Notes under the pieces: generated by a model
The model's database searches: none
The model's input: the letters and a program-made list of their open reading frames with translations, nothing else
What the model was told of the DNA's origin: nothing
Program-made: the position numbers and the translations under genes
Shown here: one piece after another, positions 8,570 through 16,722 of the stretch
Layout of the letters: the number at the start of each line of letters is the position of its first letter
Numbering within the stretch: position 1 is the stretch's first letter
DNA from: Candidatus Lokiarchaeum ossiferum
GTDB taxonomy: Archaea; Asgardarchaeota; Lokiarchaeia; Sigyniarchaeales; Promethearchaeaceae
Reading direction: 5' to 3'
DNA length: 32,000 nt
NCBI GenBank assembly: GCA_025839675.1
Contig: CP104013.1
Coordinates: 1,230,001 to 1,262,000, forward strand

Positions 8570-9148
8570 CTAAGATGAAGACTTAATTTCAGCAATTAAT
8601 TCTTCATTGAACTTTCCAACTCTGTCAATAAATTGATAATTTTGTTTCACATCTTCGGGATCCATAGCAGTACCAAAAATAATTTTCTTGAATCGAGCTT
8701 TACAGTATGAAAAAGTATCTTGCATGGACCGAACGGCGTTTATACCTCCAGATTGCACAACATCTTCATCCCCATAAACTAATACCCCAGCCATGATTTT
8801 TTCAGACAATTTAAATCCTTCTTTGGTATGAAAAGCATAGAGACGATCCATAAAAAGTTTCGTTTGAGCTGATACAGAAAACCAATAAATGGGTGAAACA
8901 AAAATAATGCAAGATGAATCTTGAATATCAGAATAGAGAGGCAACATGTCATCTTTTTGTATACATTTTAGATTTCCAGATCGAATACAACTATCACACG
9001 CTTTACAAGGGTTGATAGACAATTTATCTAAAACGAGAATTTTGGAAGTGAAATTTGCTTCATCAAATCCTTGTTTGAGTAATTTGCTTATGTAGGCTGA
9101 ATTTCCTCTAAGCCGTGGACTTCCATTAATAATTAAGATTTGGGTCAT
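8570..9148 (-). CDS. Iron-sulfur flavoprotein-like NAD(P)H-dependent FMN reductase (flavodoxin fold)
   Basis: The motifs are ILIINGSPRLRGNS, the Cys cluster CKACDSC...C, and IIFVSPIYWFSVS. Confidence 0.7.
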   Translation of the reverse strand: MTQILIINGSPRLRGNSAYISKLLKQGFDEANFTSKILVLDKLSINPCKACDSCIRSGNLKCIQKDDMLPLYSDIQDSSCIIFVSPIYWFSVSAQTKLFMDRLYAFHTKEGFKLSEKIMAGVLVYGDEDVVQSGGINAVRSMQDTFSYCKARFKKIIFGTAMDPEDVKQNYQFIDRVGKFNEELIAEIKSSS

Positions 9149-9261
9149 GATACTAGTTAAACAAAATTCTTATAAATTAATTTTCCTCTTAATTAATAAA
9201 ATCTGCATAACTTTTCCTTATGCAATCATTAATATTTGATTAAAAGAAATAACAATTAGTC

Positions 9262-10056
9262 ATGAGTGCAATTGAATATTTAAATCACATTTTTAACCAA
9301 GATAGTCGGAATATGCATCAATTAGCGGATAAATCCATTGATTTAATGATAACCTCGCCACCTTACAACGTCACGAAACAGTATGATGAAAATTTGAATT
9401 TAGATGAATATTTAACCTTAATTTTTGAAGTGTTAAGAGAAACTCTACGAGTATTAGCTCCAGGAGGAATTATTGGTTTAAATGTTGCAAATTTGGGAAG
9501 GAAACCTTACATCCCGCTTGATTGCTATATTATCGAAATCTTAACTGATTTAAAGTATACAATTTTGAATGAAATCATCTGGAACAAAGCAGCGAGTGCA
9601 GGTGGAAGTTGTGCGTGGGGAAGTTGGCTTTCAGCATCAAATCCAACATTACGTGATGTCCATGAATATATAATTATTGCTCAAAAAAAAAAATCCAATT
9701 CTGATAAATGCAGAGTCAACCAGTCAAAAGACATTGAATATTTACCTTTCTTGGATGGAAAAAAAAGCACCATGACTGAAAAAGAACTATACTCAAATAT
9801 TTGGACTTTTGGAGCAGAAAGTGCTAAAAAAGTGAACCATCCCGCCCCCTTTCGAGTAGAACTACCCTATCGCTTGATCCAAATGTATTCAAAGAAGAAT
9901 GATCTCATACTGGATCCTTTTATGGGTTCAGGATCAACTGCAATTGCAGCGATTATAGCTAAAAGAAATTTTGTGGGGTATGATACTAATTTAGATTACA
10001 TTCAAGCAGCTAATCGAAGAATTCTTGAATTTGTACAGAAATGGGAGAAAAAATAG
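9262..10056 (+). CDS. DNA methyltransferase, beta-class N4/N6 family (N6_N4_Mtase-like). The SPPY motif suggests N4-cytosine specificity.
   Basis: Motif IV is IDLMITSPPYN (SPPY at nt 9355-9366). Motif I is C-terminal, LILDPFMGSGSTAIAA (nt 9913-9939). Having IV before I is the beta-class order. Confidence 0.85.
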   Translation: MSAIEYLNHIFNQDSRNMHQLADKSIDLMITSPPYNVTKQYDENLNLDEYLTLIFEVLRETLRVLAPGGIIGLNVANLGRKPYIPLDCYIIEILTDLKYTILNEIIWNKAASAGGSCAWGSWLSASNPTLRDVHEYIIIAQKKKSNSDKCRVNQSKDIEYLPFLDGKKSTMTEKELYSNIWTFGAESAKKVNHPAPFRVELPYRLIQMYSKKNDLILDPFMGSGSTAIAAIIAKRNFVGYDTNLDYIQAANRRILEFVQKWEKK

Positions 10057-10057
10057 A

Positions 10058-10897
10058 ATGGCAAGGAAACGAACAAGAACAAAAGATTTTGGAGTTTCAA
10101 AACGGGAAAGTCATGATTCTTCTGCATTTTATGCTTCACGTCTTTATGAAACGATAAATTTCTCTTCAAAACACGACATTGTGGAAAATTCAAAAGAATT
10201 TTTAAGATTAAATATTAATCCTATGCAAAAACATTCTTATTCGAATCTGATTAATAAAATTCCTCCATCAAGCATCCATTTGGTAATTCTTGAAGTAAAC
10301 TTGGGGATGATTGAATCAACAGAATCATTAAATCTCAAATTGGAAAAGTATTCCGAGAGAATTCATGAACTTAATAAAAAATTGATAACCGGAGGGAGAA
10401 TAGTTATAATCGTTTGCAATATCATCAAAATTGATGAGAAATCACCGTTCTATGTTCCTCTACATGCGAGAATAACTAAATTTTTGTTAAAACAACACTT
10501 TTTTCTGCGGGGAAATATTGTTTTAGTTGAAGAACAGGGAATAATGGAACAATCGACAGACCCAATATCCAATAAATACAAGATTGCAATCATTGCTTCT
10601 AAAGAAAGGATGAAGCGCGAAAAAAAAAATAAAAACAGGAATTTTGAGAAAACTGATACAATTTCTCGAGATGAGTTTCTGTCAGCAACCAAGTCGATTT
10701 GGTATCCAAATCTACCAAAATTTGAAAAATTAGAAAATGAAAAGAGTATTTCTTGTGAATTAGAATATTACAAACAGCTTATTCAATTATATTCTTTTCA
10801 GGAAGATGTTGTTTTGATTTTGAAAAATGATATTTGGGACAATTTTTTAAGATCTTGTCATAAAATTCGCAAAAATTGTTTCTGCTTTAACCAATGA
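10058..10897 (+). CDS. Methyltransferase-fold paralogue of the upstream gene, with ablated catalytic and SAM-binding motifs (candidate pseudoenzyme)
   Basis: It is collinear with the 9262 product: SIHLVILEVNLG vs SIDLMITSPPYN, ITGGRIVIIVCN vs APGGIIGLNVAN, YVPLHARI vs YIPLDCYI, and QLIQLYSFQEDVVLILKNDIWDN vs RLIQMYSKKNDLILDPFMGSGST. The ATG at 10058 lies one nt after the upstream stop codon (10054-10056), and a GGGAG lies 10 nt upstream. The frame stays open for 279 codons in AT-rich DNA. Confidence 0.65.
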   Translation: MARKRTRTKDFGVSKRESHDSSAFYASRLYETINFSSKHDIVENSKEFLRLNINPMQKHSYSNLINKIPPSSIHLVILEVNLGMIESTESLNLKLEKYSERIHELNKKLITGGRIVIIVCNIIKIDEKSPFYVPLHARITKFLLKQHFFLRGNIVLVEEQGIMEQSTDPISNKYKIAIIASKERMKREKKNKNRNFEKTDTISRDEFLSATKSIWYPNLPKFEKLENEKSISCELEYYKQLIQLYSFQEDVVLILKNDIWDNFLRSCHKIRKNCFCFNQ

Positions 10898-11020
10898 TAA
10901 ATGAGTGCAATATTAGCAACAAAAATCTGGCAATCTTCTTATTTATCCCATGGAATTGGAATATTTCTAAAATCTTTAAATTAAATAGCAAATTTTTTCA
11001 TATTAAATGTTGAAGCACCC

Positions 11021-11440
11021 ATGAGCACAGACCAATCCTTGCAAATAACCCTTCGTCTTGCCGAAATTTTAAACGATTCACAAAAACTTGGTAATTATGA
11101 GTGTCTTCCTTCCAATGATCTTATTTCTTATGAGGAACTAGTTTCATTTTCCGAAATGGTACGAGAAATATTTAAGAGCAGCTTCGCAGCTACCATCGTA
11201 GTAGATCACCATGGGTTATTGATTCATGAAGATATTGCCCAAGATGGTATTAAAGCTTGGTTAGTAGCACTCTCATTTATTTCTTCCCGAACTTTTATCA
11301 AAACAGAACAATTTGCGACTTACACCCATATTTTAAGTTCAAAAATTAAAATTATTGTACTTACTAATGAAAAAGGGACAAATACAGAATTAAATCAAGA
11401 ATTAAAACTCATTTTAGCACTTTTTCCATCTTTCCATTAA
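11021..11440 (+). CDS. Small soluble protein, possibly roadblock/LC7 (MglB-like) fold
   Basis: It is 139 aa. The segment SFAATIVVDHHGLLIHEDIAQDG...ALSFISSRT...IKIIVLTNEKG resembles the roadblock beta-alpha pattern. This is only a weak by-eye match. Confidence 0.3.
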   Translation: MSTDQSLQITLRLAEILNDSQKLGNYECLPSNDLISYEELVSFSEMVREIFKSSFAATIVVDHHGLLIHEDIAQDGIKAWLVALSFISSRTFIKTEQFATYTHILSSKIKIIVLTNEKGTNTELNQELKLILALFPSFH

Positions 11441-11526
11441 AAAATGATTTTGCCCTAAAAGTAGTGAACTCCAACCATTAAAAATTTGAACATGAATAAA
11501 AATATTGAACACATTATTACAAGCAT

Positions 11527-12435
11527 ATGAGCACTTCCCCATCCTTGTTTTACAAATATAAAACCATGTCGATTTCACATCTCCCCGAATTACTCGCTTT
11601 CATGAATGATTTAAAATCGAGGAATTTGATAAGCGATAATAAAACTTTTCATCGTTATATTGATTATATGGAATTTAATGCACCAAAAGACCTACCAAAT
11701 GCTAAATCAATAGTTATTATGGCTGTTGCATCCCAATTGGGAACTATTGACATACATCATAATTCAACTGTTAGAAAAGCATTTGTCCCCCAAAATTACT
11801 ACGATATGGGTCCTCCAATGGAAAAATTAATCGATATAATTCAAAATGATATAATTAAAGAAATAGGATATAATTGTGTTAGAACGAGACTCCATCTTAA
11901 AATGTTAGCAGTTCGAAGTGGATTAGCAAAATACGGCCGAAATAATATAACATATGTTGACGAAATGGGAAGTTTCTATAACTTATTTGCATTTTTCACC
12001 GATTATGAGTTTGCCGAAGATGATTGGAAGGAAATGGAAATGCTCAAATATTGTAAGACATGTAATATTTGCTTGAATAATTGCCCAACAGGAGCAATTC
12101 GACCTCAAGAAATGGTTATTGATGTTAAAAAGTGCTTGCCTCTTTACAATGAAATTCCTGGAGAAATACCAGATTGGATCAACAAAAAGGCTCATAATGC
12201 TTTGATGGGGTGTATGAGGTGTCAAGCTCCATGTCCAGGTAACAAAAAAGCAATTCAAAATTTACGGAAGTTTGATGACATATCTGCAAAATCAGTTGAT
12301 CTTATTTTGAATAGGGCGGACAAAGATGAATTTCAACGAATTTTTGGCCCCATATTTGACATTGTAGACGAGGAAGGGGTAGAGTATTTTTTCCCTGTTT
12401 TCAAACGCAATTTGGAAGCGTTTTTACAAATATAA
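11527..12435 (+). CDS. Epoxyqueuosine-reductase-like (QueG/reductive-dehalogenase superfamily) 2x[4Fe-4S] protein
   Basis: It has CKTCNICLNNCPTGAI, followed by KKCLPLYNEIP...LMGCMRCQAPCPGNK. This is the QueG-like arrangement of two ferredoxin-type cluster motifs. Confidence 0.6.
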   Translation: MSTSPSLFYKYKTMSISHLPELLAFMNDLKSRNLISDNKTFHRYIDYMEFNAPKDLPNAKSIVIMAVASQLGTIDIHHNSTVRKAFVPQNYYDMGPPMEKLIDIIQNDIIKEIGYNCVRTRLHLKMLAVRSGLAKYGRNNITYVDEMGSFYNLFAFFTDYEFAEDDWKEMEMLKYCKTCNICLNNCPTGAIRPQEMVIDVKKCLPLYNEIPGEIPDWINKKAHNALMGCMRCQAPCPGNKKAIQNLRKFDDISAKSVDLILNRADKDEFQRIFGPIFDIVDEEGVEYFFPVFKRNLEAFLQI

Positions 12436-12436
12436 G

Positions 12437-12463
12437 TTTTTTTTCAAGAAGAAGTTTTTTTTT
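12437..12463 (+). terminator. Two oligo-T tracts (T8, T9) in a short direct repeat AAGTTTTTTTT, downstream of the QueG-like gene
   Basis: Read directly, beginning 2 nt after the stop at 12433-12435. Confidence 0.35.
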
Positions 12464-12531
12464 ATTAATTCCGAAAATTGTGCTTCTACGTAAACATTTA
12501 TTGGGAATGATTGGTCTAAAAAGTTTATCTA

Positions 12532-14154
12532 ATGAACTTTCCATTAACTCCCATCACTGAATATAAACGGTATGAAAAAAAGATACCAACAGATTTACCC
12601 ACTCATTTCTCAAAACGTATTATATTGATCTCCGATACTCATATTTCAAGCAATCAATCTTCTGCATTTAATAATATGATGTTTCGAAAAGGGATAGAGG
12701 AAATCTCCCAAATTCGGGATGTAGATTATATTATTCATTTAGGAGATTTAACTCATGATGGTACCTATTTAGATTATCAAGTTGCAAAGGATTTGATTCG
12801 GAAATTTACGGATGAAAATTTTCATATTATCCCCGGAAATCACGATGCTCGTAATGTAGGATACTTATTATTCGAAGAGCTATTCAAATCGCGTACATTT
12901 GAAATTCAAGAACCAAACCTTTATGTTTTGGGGGTTGATAGCTCAATCCCAGATCAAGATGCGGGGCATATTGGAGAAAAATTAATTAATATCAGTAAAA
13001 ATGCCTTCTATAATAATCAGAATAAACTCAAAATCTTTTGTTTTCATCATCAGTTGATTCCAATCCCCTATACGGGTAGGGAACGATCTGCAATTTTTGA
13101 TGGTGGTGATGTACTAGATATGGCCTTAAAAACCAATGTTGATATAATTCTGAATGGCCATCGACATATTTCAAATACTTACACGTGTACAGACGGAGAT
13201 AGTGATCTCGTTATTTTCAATTGTGGTACTTTGTCTTCTAATAAAACCCGGTATCGCGAATTATTTAGTTACACAATAATGGATATCAACGATCGAACAG
13301 TAAAATTTACCACCAAGCAGCTTTTAGATGGATCATACTCTGAAAGATGGAAATACATCAATTATAAATTTGAAACACCAAAACCGCGTGTAGAACAACC
13401 ATTTCTAAAAATAATTCATACGGGAAACACCCATTTTGGAAAAATTTCTTATAATAAACAGATTCTTGAAAGCGCACTTCAACAAATACAAGAAGTCCAA
13501 CCAGATTTATTAATTCACACTGGAAGTGTAACTGCAAACAATCAAGATGAAGATTATGCTATCGCGAAGAATTGTTTTCAAAATTTACACTTACCAAAAA
13601 TTATACTCCCAGGATTCAAAGATTTAACAAAGTATGGTTGGGATCGTTATGAAAAATGGTTTGGGAATTTGGATCCACATTATGAAGATTCAAAATCCCG
13701 AATTATTGGGATTAACACGGTAGATGCTCATATATCAAGTGGACGGGTGGGAAGAAAACATATGCGAGAAACATGTGAAAACTTCATGAATACGAATGAT
13801 TCTAAGATAAACATTGTGGCTTTTAATCATCGGCTTATTCCCCCTCCTTTATTAAAATTTGATGCTATTTTGACAGATGCAGGAAGTGTGTTAAAAAATT
13901 TTACAGATGTCAAAAACAATATTAATCTGATTTGTATGGGCAAAAATAATTCCGCTTTCAGCTTACAATGTGAAGAATCGATCCTATCATATTGTGGCTC
14001 CATCTCCTCTAACAACACGGTAAAAGTAGATAATCATTCTTTCAATGAAATCCAATTCTATCCCGATGGAGCAGTTTTTGTATACAAACACTTAGTTGAA
14101 AAAAATGAAAGTGAATTGATTGGAGCCTATTGGCAAAAAAGGAATTTGCAATGA
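12532..14154 (+). CDS. Tandem calcineurin-like metallophosphoesterase. The N-terminal domain is intact and the C-terminal domain is degenerate.
   Basis: Domain 1 has SDTH, HLGDLTHDG, IPGNHD, FHHQL and LNGHRH. Domain 2 (from about nt 13400) has the aligned motifs TGNTH, HTGSV, PGFKD, FNHRL and CMGKNN. Confidence 0.75.
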   Translation: MNFPLTPITEYKRYEKKIPTDLPTHFSKRIILISDTHISSNQSSAFNNMMFRKGIEEISQIRDVDYIIHLGDLTHDGTYLDYQVAKDLIRKFTDENFHIIPGNHDARNVGYLLFEELFKSRTFEIQEPNLYVLGVDSSIPDQDAGHIGEKLINISKNAFYNNQNKLKIFCFHHQLIPIPYTGRERSAIFDGGDVLDMALKTNVDIILNGHRHISNTYTCTDGDSDLVIFNCGTLSSNKTRYRELFSYTIMDINDRTVKFTTKQLLDGSYSERWKYINYKFETPKPRVEQPFLKIIHTGNTHFGKISYNKQILESALQQIQEVQPDLLIHTGSVTANNQDEDYAIAKNCFQNLHLPKIILPGFKDLTKYGWDRYEKWFGNLDPHYEDSKSRIIGINTVDAHISSGRVGRKHMRETCENFMNTNDSKINIVAFNHRLIPPPLLKFDAILTDAGSVLKNFTDVKNNINLICMGKNNSAFSLQCEESILSYCGSISSNNTVKVDNHSFNEIQFYPDGAVFVYKHLVEKNESELIGAYWQKRNLQ

Positions 14155-14281
14155 AGCAAATAATGCAGGTTTTTTTAAGCGATTGCATCAAAAATAAATC
14201 ATTTTTGTTTTTTTTGTCTAATTTTGACAAGTATTTTGCGATTCCAAAAGTTATTGTTGAATTATTCTTTTTTTATTTTAT

Positions 14282-15580
14282 ATGAAAACGAAACGAGAAC
14301 CATCAAAATATGCCAAAATTCGACCTCTATGGATGGCAGTATTTAGTGATATCATTGGTTTTTCTATTCTAATTACAGTTTTACCAAGTTTTGCAGATGA
14401 CTTAGGAATTACACCGTTGGCAGTAAGTGTAATTTCTGCAACGAATGGATTGTTTTCCTTTCTTTCAGCACCTATTTGGGGAAAACTATCAGATAAATAT
14501 GGTCGTAAAAAACTGTTAAATCTGGCACAAATGGGCACTATTGCGGGTTTTTTGCTCTTAGCCTTCGCGGATAACTATTGGATGCTAATTCTTTCTCGGA
14601 TAGTTGATGGAATTTTTGGAGGAAATTTCCCAATTGCTAAAGCAGTGATAAATGATGTCGTAGAACCAAAAGATATGGCAAAGCAAATGACGAATATTGG
14701 AGTTGCTCACAATGTGGCTAACTTATTTGGTCCCGCTTTAGGAGGATTTTTATATGTCAATTTTGGATTGATGGGCCCTGGATTAGCAGCAGCATTTACA
14801 TCTGTTTATACGTTAACGATAACATTCCTTAAATTACCCGAAACTGCACCAATAAAAACTAAATCCAATGATCTGTTAGAACCCCCCATAAAATCAAGCT
14901 CTGAAAAAAGGCAAGAAAAACCAAATTTGGAGATTGATGAAAAGACACGTGAACCTTGGCATCACAATCAAGCATTGGTTCAATCACTATTAATATTAGC
15001 TTTTTCTTCGTTTGGTTTTATGACAATTGTTTCAAATATTGCCATGTTTGCTCTAAAAAAATTGAGTTTAGGACCTCAAACCATGGGTATATATTTAGCT
15101 GGAACGGCCGTATTACAAATTTTGATCCGATATACGGTCTATATGCCCGCATTAAAAAAGCTAGGTGAATATCGAATTGCTCTAGTTGGATTTATTATAT
15201 ATCTGATAGAATTTATACTGTTTGCCTTTGTGAAAAATGAAATTCACTTTGTCCTAATGTTAATCTTAAATAGTTTTGCAACTAGTGGCACCCGAGGATC
15301 TTTAAGTGCTTTCATCAGTAATTTAGCCAATCCTTGGGAACGTGGAAAAGTTCAAGGCATCGCATCTTCAATAGATACATTTGCTCAAATCATAGGGCCG
15401 CTAATTGGAGGTACCTTACTAACATTTTTACCTCTTGAATGGTTTACCTCTGTGAGCTGGGTTTTTATGCTAATTGCATTGTTAATACTGGTGAATTCTA
15501 AACAGTTGCATAAATCAATAAACCATGTTCCTAAAAAATGGAAATCTATTTCAGCACGAAACGAATTGAACCCCGAATAA
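14282..15580 (+). CDS. MFS transporter (drug/H+ antiporter-like)
   Basis: MFS motif A is WGKLSDKYGRKKLL. About 12 TM segments are split by a central polar loop. Confidence 0.8.
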   Translation: MKTKREPSKYAKIRPLWMAVFSDIIGFSILITVLPSFADDLGITPLAVSVISATNGLFSFLSAPIWGKLSDKYGRKKLLNLAQMGTIAGFLLLAFADNYWMLILSRIVDGIFGGNFPIAKAVINDVVEPKDMAKQMTNIGVAHNVANLFGPALGGFLYVNFGLMGPGLAAAFTSVYTLTITFLKLPETAPIKTKSNDLLEPPIKSSSEKRQEKPNLEIDEKTREPWHHNQALVQSLLILAFSSFGFMTIVSNIAMFALKKLSLGPQTMGIYLAGTAVLQILIRYTVYMPALKKLGEYRIALVGFIIYLIEFILFAFVKNEIHFVLMLILNSFATSGTRGSLSAFISNLANPWERGKVQGIASSIDTFAQIIGPLIGGTLLTFLPLEWFTSVSWVFMLIALLILVNSKQLHKSINHVPKKWKSISARNELNPE

Positions 15581-15667
15581 TTTTTTATTACTTTTTCCAT
15601 CAATTCATTTATGGCAAAAAGTCGACAGTTTTATTTTGATTCAAGCTAAAAATTAAACGATGTTCAA

Positions 15668-16054
15668 ATGAAAAACCAACTAAAACGCGTTTTAATCGCT
15701 ACGGGTATGGGAGCGATTTTAGGAATTTTTTGCATCATAGGTCAATCCCAACGTATGCCACTTAATCCAAATCCCAACGCAACCATTTACCTTTTAGCAG
15801 CATGGTATAATCGAGTAATAATGGGGATGTTGATAGGATTTGCGGGGGAATGGTTTCTTCTAAAAAATAAGCCAAGATTAAATTCAGTCGTTCGAGGAGC
15901 GATTTTAGGGACAGTTGTGTCCATAAGTTTTGGACTGTTACAACAAAGAATAGAGATCATGTATTTCTTTGCGGGAATTGTTTGGGGATTATTAAATGAT
16001 CTCATTACCACAACACTAATGAATCGTATTTTGAAAAAATCTCACTTAGAATAA
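15668..16054 (+). CDS. Small 4-TM membrane protein of unknown function
   Basis: It is 128 aa with four hydrophobic helices. I recognised no motif. Confidence 0.45.
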   Translation: MKNQLKRVLIATGMGAILGIFCIIGQSQRMPLNPNPNATIYLLAAWYNRVIMGMLIGFAGEWFLLKNKPRLNSVVRGAILGTVVSISFGLLQQRIEIMYFFAGIVWGLLNDLITTTLMNRILKKSHLE

Positions 16055-16149
16055 TCTAGTTCCCAAAAGAAGAATAAACTTTAAAACTCCCAGAAGCCAA
16101 ATTTTGGACTCCATTTTTTTGATATTTCATATCTTCTACAATTTATATA

Positions 16150-16632
16150 ATGAGTCTAGATCTAATTACCCAAGAAAATCAAATCAGCAATATCAATATT
16201 GACAAAATTACTATTTCTTCCGAAACTATTGACGATAATACCCCAAAATATATGAAGCAAGCAAAAATTCTCTCGATTTCGCTATATTTAACCGGTATCT
16301 TTGCGATAGTTGGAGCACTTTACCGATGGGGAGATGGTCCAATATTTAATGCACCAGCAGGAACAGATCTTCAATTATACATAACAGATATGTTGATCAC
16401 AGCACCAGCAACAATTATTTCTGGATTTGGGTTCCAAAAATTGAAAAAATGGGTGGTTATTTCTGGTATCTTCACATCGGGAATTTTAATTTATGGATCA
16501 GCTTTGGTGTACGTTGATGTTATATTAAACGGAGCACCATATCTCTTAAAGTTAATTATCCCTCCCATTTTTGGAATAAGCCTTTCAATTGTAATAATGA
16601 TTTGGGTTAAAAAATATTACACCCTACTATAA
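16150..16632 (+). CDS. Small 4-TM membrane protein of unknown function
   Basis: It is 160 aa with a polar N-terminus followed by four hydrophobic helices. I recognised no motif. Confidence 0.45.
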   Translation: MSLDLITQENQISNINIDKITISSETIDDNTPKYMKQAKILSISLYLTGIFAIVGALYRWGDGPIFNAPAGTDLQLYITDMLITAPATIISGFGFQKLKKWVVISGIFTSGILIYGSALVYVDVILNGAPYLLKLIIPPIFGISLSIVIMIWVKKYYTLL

Positions 16633-16722
16633 AACCAAGAAAGGAACTAATTTCTCGACAAATCAGTATTTTTTCTCAAAGGTTTTAGGTTCAATATTCA
16701 TTAGATCATTGAGAAAACCAAA

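Noticed and set aside
8128-9148. ArsC plus the adjacent flavoprotein could be an ars resistance operon.
   Set aside because: The genes are convergent rather than co-transcribed. No arsB/acr3, arsR, arsA or arsD is present. The flavoprotein looks Isf-like (Cys cluster) rather than ArsH-like.
10025-10057. TTG-initiated N-terminal extensions appear in the ORF track for several genes: 10025, 19045, 24930, 25808, 8002 (minus), 24052 (minus), 28542 (minus) and 27117 (minus).
   Set aside because: In each case an in-frame ATG a few codons downstream gives a more typical N-terminus (MARKR with an upstream GGGAG, MDWNIILIG, MKIISIFGSPR, MGKKTAVVYFS). The extensions add hydrophobic or odd residues. The shorter starts are still unverified.
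10901-10990. A 29-codon ORF (MSAILATKIWQSSYLSHGIGIFLKSLN) starts right after the TGA-TAA double stop of the dead methyltransferase paralogue, in the same frame.
   Set aside because: It is too short, has no motif and has no upstream signal. A double stop argues against readthrough.
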